DNA of 64,000 nt from assembly GCF_009914755.1 (NCBI RefSeq), contig NC_060929.1. One strand, given 5' to 3'. This DNA is from the human T2T-CHM13v2.0 reference genome, Homo sapiens. The notes under the pieces are model-generated. The model was given only the letters and a program-made list of their open reading frames with translations. It did no database searches and was not told the DNA's origin. Position 1 is the stretch's first letter. The number at the start of each line of letters is the position of its first letter. Below, one piece after another: positions 15,059 through 27,470 of this stretch. Made by a program: the position numbers and the translations under genes.

Positions 15059-15136
15059 TCTGGCTGGTATTTTATGAACTTAATAATGAAGAACTGATTC
15101 TCTACCGAAAAAAAATGTATATATACAAAAAAAGAA

Positions 15137-15300
15137 AATGGTGAGGTATGGTGGTGCATGCCTGTAGTTCCATCTACTCAGAAGGCTGAGGTTGGAGGAT
15201 TGCTTGAGCCCAGGAGTTCAAGGCTGCAATGAGCCGTGATCATGCCACTGTACATCAGCCTGGGCAACAGAGCAAGACCCTGTCTCATAAAGAAAAATAA
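15137..15300 (+). mobile_element. Alu right monomer (FRAM/AluJ)
   Basis: GGAGGATTGCTTGAGCCCAGGAGTTCAAGGCTGCA through AGCAAGACCCTGTCTC plus A-rich tail. Confidence 0.88.
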
Positions 15301-16934
15301 CAACAACTACCACAAAATGAAGAATTGGCGAATGTAGTAACTAGATCCAAGTTCATGGTTCTTACAGTTACCACTTCACAAGAAAAAGCCTGTAAGATTT
15401 AAAGCTGAGGATCACATGGCTAGTAACACTGAAAGAAGCACTATAGAACAAGGGAGATGAAGTCATTCTGAACATTCAGATTACTTATTTTTAACAAACA
15501 ACTTAATATCTCTATCTTTTATATACTTTTCAGATTCTAAGCGTAATTACGCTTTAGAGATAAGGACAACCATGCAAAATCATCAAAAACACTTCCTTGT
15601 AAAATGAGCCCTTCCTTCAGTTGACAGCGTTGACAGGAGATCCCAGGTGGGGAAAACACACCAAAAAGATTTTTATACTTAGGCTTTGCTCCACCAGGGA
15701 CATTCACAAACAATCTCCAGGACATATTGGTTTCCTTGGGACTAAGGTATTTGTACAATGTCCATTTATAGGGGGTTAAAGTGCCTGTGATAGTGGTTGA
15801 AAGTTTTGACCCACTTTTACAGATTAATCAGCATTGTGGTGGTTACAGAATTTCCAGATAAGGCATGCTTGCTCTTCTCTAGACAAACTCATCCACGATA
15901 TCTTAGTAACACTGATTCTGAGTTACCTTTAGTATTTTAGGTAGATCCACACAGTGTGATTGCTGATGTTATTTGTACGGATTTAGGAGCCACCAAGTGG
16001 CTATCACTGAACTGTCAAATAAATCTCAATACCTAGTTAAAATTCTTTTACAAGTAACTTTTCATAAAGAGGAATAAATGTTTACAGTAAGGGAGTATTT
16101 TGTTTACTTGGGCAGCTTTCTATGAAGAGAAGCATTTCTTGCAAAGCAATATGCCTGAGAATTAACTTTAGATTTCATTTCTATTTCACTGGAGTAGATA
16201 TGTTTAAATTAACTTATAATTTCTTAAGGAGTCAGATAAAACATTAACTTCCTTTTTAATTTCTATACTTGCAGCTAAGAGTCGAAAATGAACCTAAGAG
16301 CCCTTCATTCCAGAATCATGCACAATTTCTAGTGCTTGTCTACTATCTACATAAATGTTCTCTCTCTTATATGCTCTTCACTTTTTGCCTCAGGCTGGAT
16401 TGTGAGTTCCAGTTACAAAAATTGATTCAGCAACCCAGGCAGATGGAGTCTTCAGAGATAAGAGAATATCCAAAACAAGGTTAATTTTCTCTATTCTAGG
16501 TGAAAACTGTCAACAGATAATTTAAGATCAGAGTTAATTAAAGTTATGCCATTTAAGTCAGTTTTGGACGAGATGAGAGTTTGAATCACTGTCAGCTAAA
16601 TATGTGGTTGTCCTTCATCCTGGAGGGGAAAAAGAAGGCAGCTTAAGATTTGTGCATTTTTGCTAATGTTATGAGATGTGAATAGCAAAGTAATCTCATC
16701 AATAGTAATAGTGTGTGTTGAAATATACTGTGTTACCTTATAGAAATGTTTTCTATCATACACGGGACCAGTTGGATACTGTAAAACTGACAGGGAAAAG
16801 AAAGTAAGAGGATTCTACTAATTAAACAGTATCTACAAGATTTCACAACAAAGGGGACACTGTTTGGTAACATTGTCTGGAAGAGTATTTGTTTAAGTAG
16901 TAAGTAAAGGTTTGGCATAATTAAGTTCATTTAG

Positions 16935-17398
16935 TGTAAGGGTTGCTGCAACGTTTCCTTAATAGTTATAAAAATAAGCTAAGACTGCTCAAATGAAAAG
17001 AAATACAGGTTATTCAGTCAGAGCTTGCTGTAGCCAGGGAGTTGGCCACCATCACTTGCAATATGGCAATGAATCAAAGGCAGGCAGGCAGTGAGAAAGC
17101 TTTATCGTGGGAAAACCAGAAGGCTACAGGAATGCCCTGGTTGGAAATTATTGTCATGGGGAATCTAAAGGTTGGATAACTAGAAGCAAAACATCCTATT
17201 TGATGGGTGAAGCTGCATAATTAGCATTCTCTGGTTGGTTCTAAATTGGAAGCTGGAGGGAAACACTTAGGGAAGCTGGCAGTTACCCACCAATTCCTGA
17301 GCATTTGGACCGATCGCTGCAGACTGGTTGCTGCAGAGGTCAGAGTTGATTTTCTGTGTGTGGAACCACCATTGTCTGTTAGTGTATTCAGTCTCCCA
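16935..17398 (-). mobile_element. ERV1 solo LTR, MER67-like
   Basis: Reverse complement starts TGGGAGACTGAATACAC and contains CTGCAGCAACCAGTC, CTGCCAGCTTCCCTAA, AACCAACCAGAGAATGC, matching recalled MER67 consensus. Confidence 0.65.
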
Positions 17399-18357
17399 TA
17401 GTATAAAGGCCGAAACTGCTTCAGGATCCAGATAAGAAGCTCTAGAAATTAGAATTTATTAGGGTCACGTAGTCCTTAGTCTGCCTCATGGACATAGTGA
17501 TTGGTCTAAAGAAGCATTCTTCATTTCTGCTGCCCTAATCATATTGTTCCAGCTTCCACAGACTGATTCAATAGGTCCCGAAGCTAAATTAAGAACCAGG
17601 ATTCTTCAATAATATATTTGAACTGGAAACAAAGAAAGAGTAAGACTCCGTTGGAAAATGGGAGACTGTGAAACTAGGAATTGACAGTGAGTATCTCTAC
17701 AGCTGTGACAGACGTCAACCTGAGAGATAAAGCTGAGACCCAGAAGGCAAAGAATGTTACATACACAGAAAGAACATGTAAAATTGGAGCATCTATGTTT
17801 CTGCAACACATAAAGTATAACAATACCCCACCTTTCTTGAGATATTGCCTATGAGCCAGTTAATTACCCTCGTTTGTGAAACTGTTTGTCTCCTGCAGCC
17901 ATTGAATCCTGATTAATACTCATTAAATCTCTATGAATGTCATAGTATATATCAGGCACTATGGCTCATATTATTGTTTTCCCCTGATATTTGGTTATTT
18001 TCTTTTCAAGGCACATGGAGACGGACCTCTACCTGCAATGCCCCCCTTGCACTTGGACAGAACCATGTGACTATTTATAAGCTATGACACATGAGCAGAC
18101 ATGACATGATGGGATTGATGGAGCAATGACCTCATCTTTTCTCCTGCCAAATATTATGAAAGAGGACTCAAGTCACTCACCTAAGGGACATTGGGTGAAA
18201 GTCAGTAATGAAGCTGAAAGGTCGCTAAATGCTGGCAAGTGAGATGGATTATAGTGTCTAGACTTTTTCCTGAGGTCATTCTATATCCAGCAGATATCTT
18301 TCAGTATATAGTCTATTTAAAACAATGTGCTAGTGACTATTGAGTGTGGTTACATTC

Positions 18358-18647
18358 TTTTTTTTTTGAGATGGAGTCTCACTCTGTCCCCTAGGCTGGA
18401 GTGCAGTGGCACAATCTTGGCTCACTGCAACCTCTGCCTCCTGGGTTCAAGCAATTCTCCTGAGTCAGCCTCCTGAGTAGCTGAGACTACAGGCACCCAC
18501 CATCACGGCCGACTAGGTTTTGTATTTTTAGTAGAGACAGGGTTTCACCATATTGGCCAGGCTGGTCTTAAACTCCTGACCTTGTAATCTGCCCGCCTTG
18601 GCTTCCCAAAGTGCTGGGATTACAGGAGTGAGCCACCATGCCCAGCC
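18358..18647 (-). mobile_element. AluS
   Basis: Full element, perfect TSD GTTACATTCTTT at 18349-18360 and 18649-18660. Confidence 0.95.
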
Positions 18648-20001
18648 AGTTACATTCTTTAAACAAGGAGTGGACGTACCCTGAAACAAGAGATTAGTCA
18701 AAGAGATTTTGCTATTCATGGGACCTAAAAGGTGGCTGTACTTCCCTTTACTGCTTTTCTATACACAGCAACGCATGCTGTATGGGTTCTTATAGGTCAG
18801 AGAGTGAAAGAGAACCAGGACCTATAAAAGAATACAAGTCTCTAAAATCAGAAAGTTTATTATTTAAAAAATAGTTATGTGCCAGTCTGCTTATAATTTT
18901 ATTTTTATGACTGAGAGTGCCTTTCATAAGCACATTCTGGCAAACTATAAAACAAATAAATTGAAACTGAATAAAACCTTTAGACATTAGAAGTGTAGCA
19001 CCAGATTTAGTACATAACTGCAAAACTTAAACATGCAATTATACATCTGCAAGCACATTAAATTGAAAGAAACTTTAACTGAATTTAGATACATTAATCG
19101 ATACAAACTTTTCTGGTATATAGCACTTCTTGGCGCATTGAGTATTCTTAATCTTTAAGGCACATGAATATAATACCTTAGGAAAGATCTGTTCTCCACA
19201 CATTTCCTCTATAAAGTGCCAAAAAAAAATAACGAAGAGCCAGTTTGTCTTCCGCATCAGTGTGATTTAGCATACATAAATAAGTATCTTTTCCCACAAA
19301 ATAAAAGGTTCAGAACCCAAAGTGTCTGATTTTTATAGTGCTTTTTCTTTCCTTTTAAAAAGATAGCAAGATGAGGGTAAGAGGTAATTTAAGAGAAGTA
19401 ATCATCCTCTAACAGCCAGCTTGCAGAAACTAAAACAAATATCAATGATGTAAAAATGTTGTTTTGACACTTCGGTAAATCAAAGTGTGAGATGGGTAAG
19501 AATATATTACAGGTGCTTGTATATCAAAGGCCTATGAAAATGGCTGATTATAAAGGAGAAAGTTAATGATCTCTAATTGTGTTGTAATTTAAATGCAGTA
19601 TCACCGTAATGAAGAGAACAGATTTGCATGTTAACAAAATAAATATTAGAGGAGTGAGTGTAGGATGTTTGGGATAATTAATTCCATCCTCCACTCCTAC
19701 ATACATATGCATATACAAACTCAATTCAATTTTAAAGAGAACCCGAAGAACCAAAAATAGACTGAACACCCTTGATGTTGTATGGGAGCTTAAATTACTA
19801 TTTTTGTTGTTCTCTGTGACTATCTCATTTAGTTTCTATTGTGTTTGCAATTTCTTCCAAGGTGATTTTTAATGGATTGAGTAATGCATAAAAATTTGCA
19901 GAAGTATGCAGAAAGTTTGTATGGAGGGCCATGTAGAGCTTTTATCCTACAGTAAATCCTAGTAGTTTGCTGGTGCTGTGTGATTTTTTTTTTGTTTAGG
20001 G

Positions 20002-20002
<1 letters not shown>

Positions 20003-20038
<36 letters not shown>
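20003..20038. repeat. (TG)18 microsatellite
   Basis: Perfect dinucleotide run. Confidence 0.97.
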
Positions 20039-20040
<2 letters not shown>

Positions 20041-20667
20041 GCTTATTTATTCCATTTCAAGAAAAAGAAAAATAGACAAATTAGAATACCAAAAATAATT
20101 TGCAGCCAGTATCAACCAATTTATATTCAAGCTAAAAAATTAAAATAGCTTTAAGAGAATGGTAGAAGCATATTATTTAAAAACAAACTATGAAGAAATG
20201 GACAGAAGCATGTAGACATAGATAACAGAAATTTAAAGTAAAAAGTAGAAAATGAAATTATTCCCTTTTATACCTTAAAGCAAATGATTTCCATGATTCT
20301 AAGCCTCTATAAAAAGCAGCAACAATTTCATCATTTTCCTATTCACTATTCATGTTATCTAAATCAGGATTCTGCAAAATTATTTTCCTTGAATTACTTT
20401 TAAAACATACCAGAAATGAATTCACTACTCTAATTATCACAGCATTTCAGGGAATTATTAAAAATCAAATCAAATCAAATGAAACTTCATAAGTTGTTTA
20501 CAAAAAAACTTTAGGTTCATTTGCTTCTAATGCAAGACATGGCAATGTGTCTTGGCCTGTGGATGTCCTCTCCATGTTAATAGTAAGTGCAAGTTTATGA
20601 AAAGACTAGACACCGACACCACCTGGGGAAATCAAAGCTTACTTACCTAAAATGCACAGGAGCCAAG

Positions 20668-21062
20668 AAGCATGTTTAAGTTCATGGGAGGGTAATGAAT
20701 GCTATTCTCTAGAACATGTTTCAAGGAGCTGGACATGTTTCCTTACCAGGGGAGACTCACACTGCAGATCATAATTTCTGAGCAAGTGAGAAGTGAGAGT
20801 TCCATTGCACCTGTGGGAAGCTCTATCCTCCAAAGTGTAGCTTTACACACCCAGCTTGAGTCATTCTTCTTTCAGGTGTATCTGGACATATTCCAGGGAC
20901 TAGCTTATCTGTGCCTGGTGCACTTCATTTATCACAATTAAACAATATACAATTTGACTGAAGGGCACAGTATAGGTCAGTGCATTTATGCATAACAGCA
21001 GGACTTATTAATCATCCTCAGCTCCTGCAGGCTAAGAAATCCTGCTTAAAATTTATTTGCAT
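20668..21062. promoter_or_regulatory. Candidate enhancer: clustered p53/p63 half-sites, AP-1 and octamer
   Basis: RRRCATGYYY at 20668-20677, 20712-20721 and 20731-20740; TGAGTCA at 20857-20863; ATTTGCAT at 21055-21062. Motifs only, function not shown. Confidence 0.3.
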
Positions 21063-21244
21063 GCTTAGAACTAGAACAGAGCTTCGAAACTAGAATAAGG
21101 GTCACTTACTCTAATGTCTCTGGAAGCTCATGAGGTCAGCCCTGAACGCTAAGTTGCACTTCTTGAAACAGTTTTAACGCCCACGGCTATCTCCCAATTC
21201 ATTCTGAGTTTGAGAAGGGAAAAAAATGAAATGACATTTAGTAG

Positions 21245-21610
21245 ACTCCTATAACAGTTTGGGTAACACCAGCTGTTTTAACAAACAATCCTCAAAGTTA
21301 AAGTGGCTGAAAGTTTAAAATGTGTTTCTCATTAATAACATTCAAATAAAGGCATTTCTTGTCTGGGTGGCTTTTACCAGGGAGTAATTCAGGAAACTGG
21401 CCTCCAGTATTATAGCTCCAACTTCCTAGAGGGCTTCAGAGTTCTCCTTTTTCAAATGACACATGTTGAAAGAACTGGAAGAAACATTTATATGTACCAC
21501 CCTCTAAAAGTGGTACACATTAACCGGGACACAGTTGCATGGAAATATAGCCAAGCTATGTATCCAGAAAGAAGAAAAAACAAGTGTGGTAAAGAGCTAT
21601 CAGTCTATGC
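21245..21610 (-). mobile_element. Old MaLR LTR (MLT1K/L-like)
   Basis: GCTGTTTTAACAAACAATCCTCAAAGTTAAAGTGGCT resembles the MLT1 3' end reverse complement. Diverged. Confidence 0.45.
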
Positions 21611-22105
21611 CTTAGCTTTTCAAAATCCAGTCTTACGGCGCACAGATGTAGAGAGAATATGTAGACCTTATATTATGTAAAGGCATTCACAGAACTATTT
21701 TTGTTGTTGTTAACATACTTGAGCTTGCCTACGCAATGTTCTTGTAGGTTTCCCAGACTAATAGCCTTCAAAATGGAGGTGAATATATACATATCAGAAA
21801 AAAATAAGTAACTTAAGTCTTCTAATAAGATATGTTTTACAAAAATATGAAGAAGATATAGTAACAGCTCCTTACAGCAGTGTAAGACCTTTCTTTCATC
21901 CATCTCCTCACCTATAGTTACTATCTTCACAATCCCATTTCCCTCTATGTAGATTTTACTTTATAACATATATTCTCATACACAAAAAATACAATAAAAA
22001 ATTTTCCATTATCCAACAGAATTTATAAAGCCTACAAAATTTCTAAATATGTCATTTTATATGTAATGAATATGCTTGTTATTTCCCATTAAAAAAAAAT
22101 GCAGC

Positions 22106-22369
22106 GGCCGGGTGTGGTGGCTTATGCCTGTAATCTCAACACTTTGGGAGGCCGAAGTGGATGGATTGCTTGAGCTCAGGAGTTTGGGACCCACCTGGCC
22201 AATGTGGCAAAAATCTGTCTCTACTAAAAACACAAAAATTAGCCAGGAGTGGTGGTGGGCACCTGTAGTCCCAGCTACTCATGAGGCTGAGGTGGGAGGA
22301 TTGCTTGAGCTCAGAAAGCAGAGTTTGCAGTGAGCCATGGTTTTATCACTGCAGTCCAGCTTGGCGACC
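22106..22369 (+). mobile_element. AluJ, 3'-truncated (no A tail)
   Basis: GGCCGGGTGTGGTGGCTTATGCCTGTAATC through CAGCTTGGCGAC, then T-rich sequence. Confidence 0.9.
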
Positions 22370-23540
22370 ACTTGTTCTTTTTTGCTTGTTTCTTTGTCTT
22401 TTGCTTTCCTTTGCATCATAGAGATACGGGTGAAAATTTCTTTAACCCCTTAAGTGTTTCTACTTTGTCTCATATGCTATACCTCATTTGTTACTTGGAG
22501 TATACTCTTGGCCATGCTATTAGAAATGGATGATGTAAAAATGGTGCCCCCTGAAGTCAAGCAATGTGAAACATTTGTAAATTTCTACAACAAATGCCCT
22601 AAATTGTAGTCACTTAATTAAAATAATTATTTTCTATTTACTGTAATAGTCAACAGGTAAGAAATGCAGTCTTGCATGGATGTCCTACTAAAAAATATAT
22701 GCCATCTTTTAGTCCATTGATAGTTAGCATATTGCCCTCATCTTCATGGACAAAAATTGGCAATTTTTCTGTAAAATCTCTCTTTCATATTACTGATGAC
22801 AAAATTCTGCACTTTATCTGAGGAAGAAAATGACAAGACTGACATGTAGGACTCACTTCTCACTGTATAATACCATCCTTGGCTCCTGCCCCAGGATAAT
22901 TTTGATATTTTTAATTATCAAACCAAAACCAATAAGTTATATAAAATATAGGCAAAGTTACATTCACTGGGAGAATTTTAGCACTCTCAAAATAACATAC
23001 CAGTTCCTATTATCCAGTAAATTCCTAGCACGTCCCATGCTCCCGGAAGTGTGTCCGGATTCATGTTTTTCTGATATGTGAATGCAAAGTCACTAGCTAT
23101 TGCCATTTGCCAGGGATTCAGAGAGACAGAAGTGTGGAAATTAACATTTAGATGTATGAGAAATATATGCAAGAAACTGAGACTGAGCAGGCAATTTGTA
23201 GATTGTATACAGTGTAGCCTAAACATGTTTGCTTCAGTGAATTTGTCATTTCTTGCATGGGGTAAGTCTAAAATTATTTATTGTTTAATTTTTTCATTAG
23301 AAATAAACCCTCTTGGAAGTAATTAAAATGCATATTTCATAAAAAATTAGTGCGATGATGATGACAATCATGTAACTTGCAAAACTTGAGTGTTGTTTTA
23401 TCACAAACCTTATGAAAACAGATGCATCCTCGCCTTAAAAAAGAGAAGGAAAAAGGAAATGCTCTGGGCACAGCATGAAGCCCAGAAAAAGAATATTTCC
23501 AACAGCCCCATGGACATATGGAGAGGATAGAACTTAACAA

Positions 23541-24276
23541 TGCTCATCATCTCTGGTCATCAGAGAAATGCAAATCAAAACTACAATGAGACAGCATCTC
23601 ACACCAGTTAGAATGGCGATCATTAAAAAGTCAGGAAACAACAGGTGCTGGAGAGGATGTGGAGAAATAGGAACACTTTTACACTGTTGGTGGGAGTGTA
23701 AACTAGTTCAACCATTGTGGAAGACAGTGTGACAATTCCTCAAGGATCTAGAACTAGAAATACCATTTGACCCAGCCATCCCATTACTGGGTATATACCC
23801 AAAGGATTATAAATCATGCTATTATAAAGACACATGCACATATATGTTTATTGAGGCACTATTAATCATAGCAAAGACTTGGAACCAACCCAAATGTCCA
23901 TCAATGATAGACTGGATTAAGAAAATCTGGCACATATATACCATGGAATACTATGCAGCCATAAAAAAGGATGAGCTCATGTCCTTTGTAGTGACTTGGA
24001 TGAAGCTGGAAACCAGCATTCTCAGCAAAATATCACAAGGACAGAAAACCAAACACTGCATGTTCTCACTCACAGGTGGGAATTGAACAATGAGAACACT
24101 TGGACACAGGGTGGGGAACATCACACACAGGGGCCTGTTAGAGGAAATACCTAATGTTAATGATGAGTTAATGGGTGCAGCAAACCAACACGGCACATAT
24201 ATACATATGTAACAAACCTGCACGTTATGCACATGTACTCTAGAACTTAAAGTGTAAAAATAATAATAATAAAAAA
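23541..24276 (+). mobile_element. L1PA 3' end (5'-truncated)
   Basis: ORF2 C-terminus (AKTWNQPKCPSMIDWIKKIWHIYTMEYYAAIKK), 3'UTR ending TAGAACTTAAAGTGT and A-rich tail. Confidence 0.95.
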
Positions 24277-24979
24277 CTTCCAGCCCAAACAAAAATAGTA
24301 TTAGCTACATTCAGAAGACCCCACAGAAGGGGTATAGTTTCCCACAGACACCCTACTAGAAAGCAGCTTTGTGGACAACATTCACCTCACCGTTTCCCAA
24401 AGATCATCATCATCACATCCTCTGCCTTAGAACCTATAACAGCGTCATTCATGGGGATGCCTCTCGCTCCTTAAAAAGTACTGAGAAAATTATGAGACAG
24501 AGAAGAAAGGGGGAGGGGATAAAATTAAACTTTGTTTACAGAAGCCTGGGCTCCTGACTTTGATTTTGCTACTAAAGTAGCCGTGGGGAAATATTTCTTG
24601 AAACAATAAAAATGATTGATTTAGGTTTCAAAGTTTTTAACTCACAATAAAGAATTTTTTCTCCTTTCTCTTGCACTGTTTTTCATAATGATGGTATAAA
24701 ACATATTAAGGCGTTATCACAAACAATTACTTCATGAGATTATATTTGAGTTTGGGGATTTCAAAGTCATTTTATTAAAATTAGCTGTATTGTTACACAT
24801 TTTGTCTGGAAAGTCTAAGTAATGTCATTAAAAGCCCAATTTAATTGCTTTGAAAAAGCTTATGCTTGACATGATATTCAGTCTCTTAGATTTCACAATT
24901 CATTCTCCGTGTATTACTACTATGACTGACTTGTCTCTTTTTGAGTTCCTTCTAGAATTCAAAAGCATTAAGATTTAAG

Positions 24980-25122
24980 TGTGGCTGACTGCCACGGTTA
25001 CTACTTGAGACCGTCATTACTAGACTGAATGAAGAGACGAACATAGAAATGGTAACAAAAAACAAAAGAAACTTTTAAGGAAAGGCTAGCATGGGGAAGA
25101 AGAGAGCTCCCTGCTTCTAGTG
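24980..25122 (-). mobile_element. 3' LTR remnant (LTR3-like, distal part only)
   Basis: Minus strand ends GACGGTCTCAAGTAGTAACCGTGGCAGTCAGCCACA and is fused directly to integrase sequence. Confidence 0.7.
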
Positions 25123-25319
25123 GTCCTCATTCCATCTTTGCATTCAGATTCAACTGGTTCATGGTTCATACTGGGGGAACAAGGTCCATGGTTGGGATCC
25201 ATGGGTCCCTCCAGTCTCCTGTTCCACGGTCGTACACACCTTGAGAGCACCCACTCGGTTTGTTCATCTTCTGCAAAGACGTAAGTATACCCTCGTCCCC
25301 ACATTAGTAAATCTACCAA
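25123..25319 (-). pseudogene. pol: Retroviral integrase C-terminal fragment
   Basis: DLLMWGRGYTYVF..EQTEWVLSRCVRPW matches the betaretroviral IN WGRGYACV..W.P.R motif. Confidence 0.8.
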
Positions 25320-25549
25320 ACAGAATCAAAAGTGTTTTCTTTTTTATTTATTTTTTATTTTTTTTGCTGTAGCCGGGAGGCACGCCATTGCTGAAACATT
25401 TGTAACTCACCTTCTGCCTCTTTGGTTAATTGCCGTGGGGTAAAACTTTCCACTGATAACAAGAAGCAGGCTCTTTCTGATTAACACACGGCACAGAGAA
25501 AGCAAATCGAGGCTTATCCTTCTCGTAAAACAGTATAGCAAAAAGCAAT

Positions 25550-25925
25550 CCTTAAACCTTCAATTTGCACTGTACAGGTGGGTCCACTAGATGCTATGGG
25601 TGGTGATAGATAAATCTCTCTCCTAGTTGCACTTCCAAATCCCTGACCACCTCGCTTCTTCTTATGTGGAGAAGGGTACAATTTACAGGGAAGAAGCGAA
25701 AATTGAGCAACGTATTCTCCCAGTTCAAAAACCCAAAGATCTTGTGACGTTACCACTACCTGAATTTCTCCTTCACAATCAAAATCAACAACTCCTGGGC
25801 CTGTAAGTTAAGAGAGCTTTTACCAAAATCAATCCCATGTATCTTGTTGGCAAAGATCACCAAATACTAATGTGAATCTTAGTGAGTTTGTTTCTTTCAT
25901 TTAATGTAATTGGTTCTCTAGAAGA
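25550..25925 (-). pseudogene. pro: Betaretroviral dUTPase and protease N-terminus remnant
   Basis: Hand translation PGVVDFDCEGEIQVVV (~25751-25799, dUTPase motif 3), KKRGGQGFGS (motif 5), then PTCTVQIEG. No protease active site (DTG) follows. Confidence 0.8.
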
Positions 25926-25926
25926 T

Positions 25927-26480
25927 CTAATCCTGCGTTTCCAGGTGTTCCTGGGGCGAGGGAATCAATGTGCCTCTGGAAACCCACCCCTGAAACGGAG
26001 TTGTGGCCTGGACGGGGAACGCCCTCATAGTTTGAGGTACCCGGGTCCAGGCCCCCTTCTTGCTTCCCAACAGGGGGGTGCCGTTTTGATGAAATTTTGA
26101 GTGGCGTTGATTAGCCCAATGATTTCCTTTATTGCATCGAGGGCAAAGTCCCGGCATTTTTTTCTGTTAAGAGGGGGACTATGTTACAAGATCTCTTTTT
26201 CACAGAGGTCTGATGGCATTCTCTTTTGAAACGTCCAAGTTTTCTACACTTATAACACTTTCCCACTTTAGGGCTTGACCCTTGGCTTCTTTTAGATCTG
26301 TCAGCTACCAAATTTGCTATTGCCTGAGTCAATAGTGCAGAGCAATGAAGCTCAGTTCCCACATCTTGACAAGCTCTGAGAAAGCCTCCCAAGTCCTCTG
26401 CACATCTCACAGGTGCCAGTGCACGTTTACAATCCATGAAAGCCAAAGCTAAAGTTAGCCTTTCTGTAGCCACAAAAGAA
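25927..26480 (-). pseudogene. gag: Gag capsid C-terminus and nucleocapsid zinc knuckles, frameshifted
   Basis: DCKRALAP..FLRACQDVGT (CA end); knuckles CYKCRKLGRFKREC and CPRCNKGNHWANQR, each missing one ligand. Confidence 0.85.
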
Positions 26481-27166
26481 GACGATACAAGCCAATTTTC
26501 ATTCTCCCTCTTCTGTTCACCATTTTCGATAGGCACTGTAGGTGGGGCAAAAAATTCTAAATAACAAAAAGATGGTACATACCAAAACTCCAAACAAACA
26601 AAAAAGAGAAAAGAAATAGCCAAATTCTTCCTCATGTTTCCCTGTTTTAAAAACTTCCCATTCTTTGTACCTCTAGGGCACTGACCAGTACCTTTTTAGA
26701 GCACTAACCTTATGTTGCTGCCAACAGAGTTGTAATGGGCTTTCTCGTTCATCTAGTTGGTTTTAGTTTTTTCTGTTCCAGCAGACCTTCCTCGCTCTAG
26801 TCCCTATAGGACCCTATCTGTCCCTATCTGTCCCTGTCTGTTCCTCCAAATCTCTCCTAGTCTTTGCTAGTCTCTACTTTTGTACCTCTTTAGGACACTG
26901 ACTAGTACCTCTTCAGGGCACTGATCTTATATTGCTAGTCTTTTGTCTATTCCTATCTGTCTCTGTCTGTCCCTATGGTACCTGTTAGTTCCTGCAAGTT
27001 CCTGCAAGTCCCCGTCTTTCCCTACCTATCTCTACTTTTCTCTACTTACTTATCTCTACTTACTTTTCTCTACTTATCTCTACTTATCTCTGTTTATCCC
27101 TGCAGGCCTCTTCAGGTCCCTCCAGGTCCTTTCAGGTCTCTGTATGTCCCTGATAGTCTCTGAAAT

Positions 27167-27184
27167 GTCCCTGTTCAGGCACCA
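27167..27184 (-). other. Primer binding site complementary to tRNA-Lys3 (UUU)
   Basis: Minus strand TGGTGCCTGAACAGGGAC versus canonical TGGCGCCCGAACAGGGAC; both differences are CpG transitions. Lies 2 nt from the LTR end. Confidence 0.9.
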
Positions 27185-27470
27185 TTTGTAGTTCACTGTC
27201 ACTGCTACTACATGAGACCATCACAAGTATGTTGAATTGATCCTGGAACTCCTAGATGATAAACATTTTTTTATACCAACCTTCAACTTTTTCATTAAAA
27301 TTAGATTGGGTAGATACTATAAATAGTGTCCCAAGCACTAGTGGAAAGATTCTACCATGTCTTACACTGGTTACTATGAGTTTGGAGTCAGAGGTATAAG
27401 GCTTGAAGAAAAAAGCACAATGAAATACAATTTTATCCACCAATCTGACATTTTTAAGTTTTAGGAAAAT

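Larger units (their letters stand above)
24980..27224 (-). mobile_element. Class II ERV provirus remnant, HERV-K(HML-6)/HERVK3-like, heavily deleted
   Basis: tRNA-Lys3 PBS; gag CA/NC, dUTPase, protease start and IN C-terminus in retroviral order; related LTR 3' ends at 27187-27224 and 24980-25016. Confidence 0.85.

Noticed and set aside
15540-16020. Higher-complexity stretch suspected to be an exon or env remnant
   Set aside because: No recognisable protein motif in the frames inspected; the ORF is short and uninformative.
20741-20812. U1 snRNA-like words (CTTACC, AGGGGAGA, GATCA, TCCATTGCAC)
   Set aside because: The intervening sequence does not align to U1, the spacing differs (45 vs 40 nt), and there is no Sm site or 3' stem. 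Probably chance or minus-strand donor-like motifs; Infernal with the U1 model would settle it.
26129-26635. 168-aa ORF as a functional Gag-derived protein
   Set aside because: Both zinc knuckles lack a ligand, there is a frameshift between them, and no LTR U3 promoter remains.
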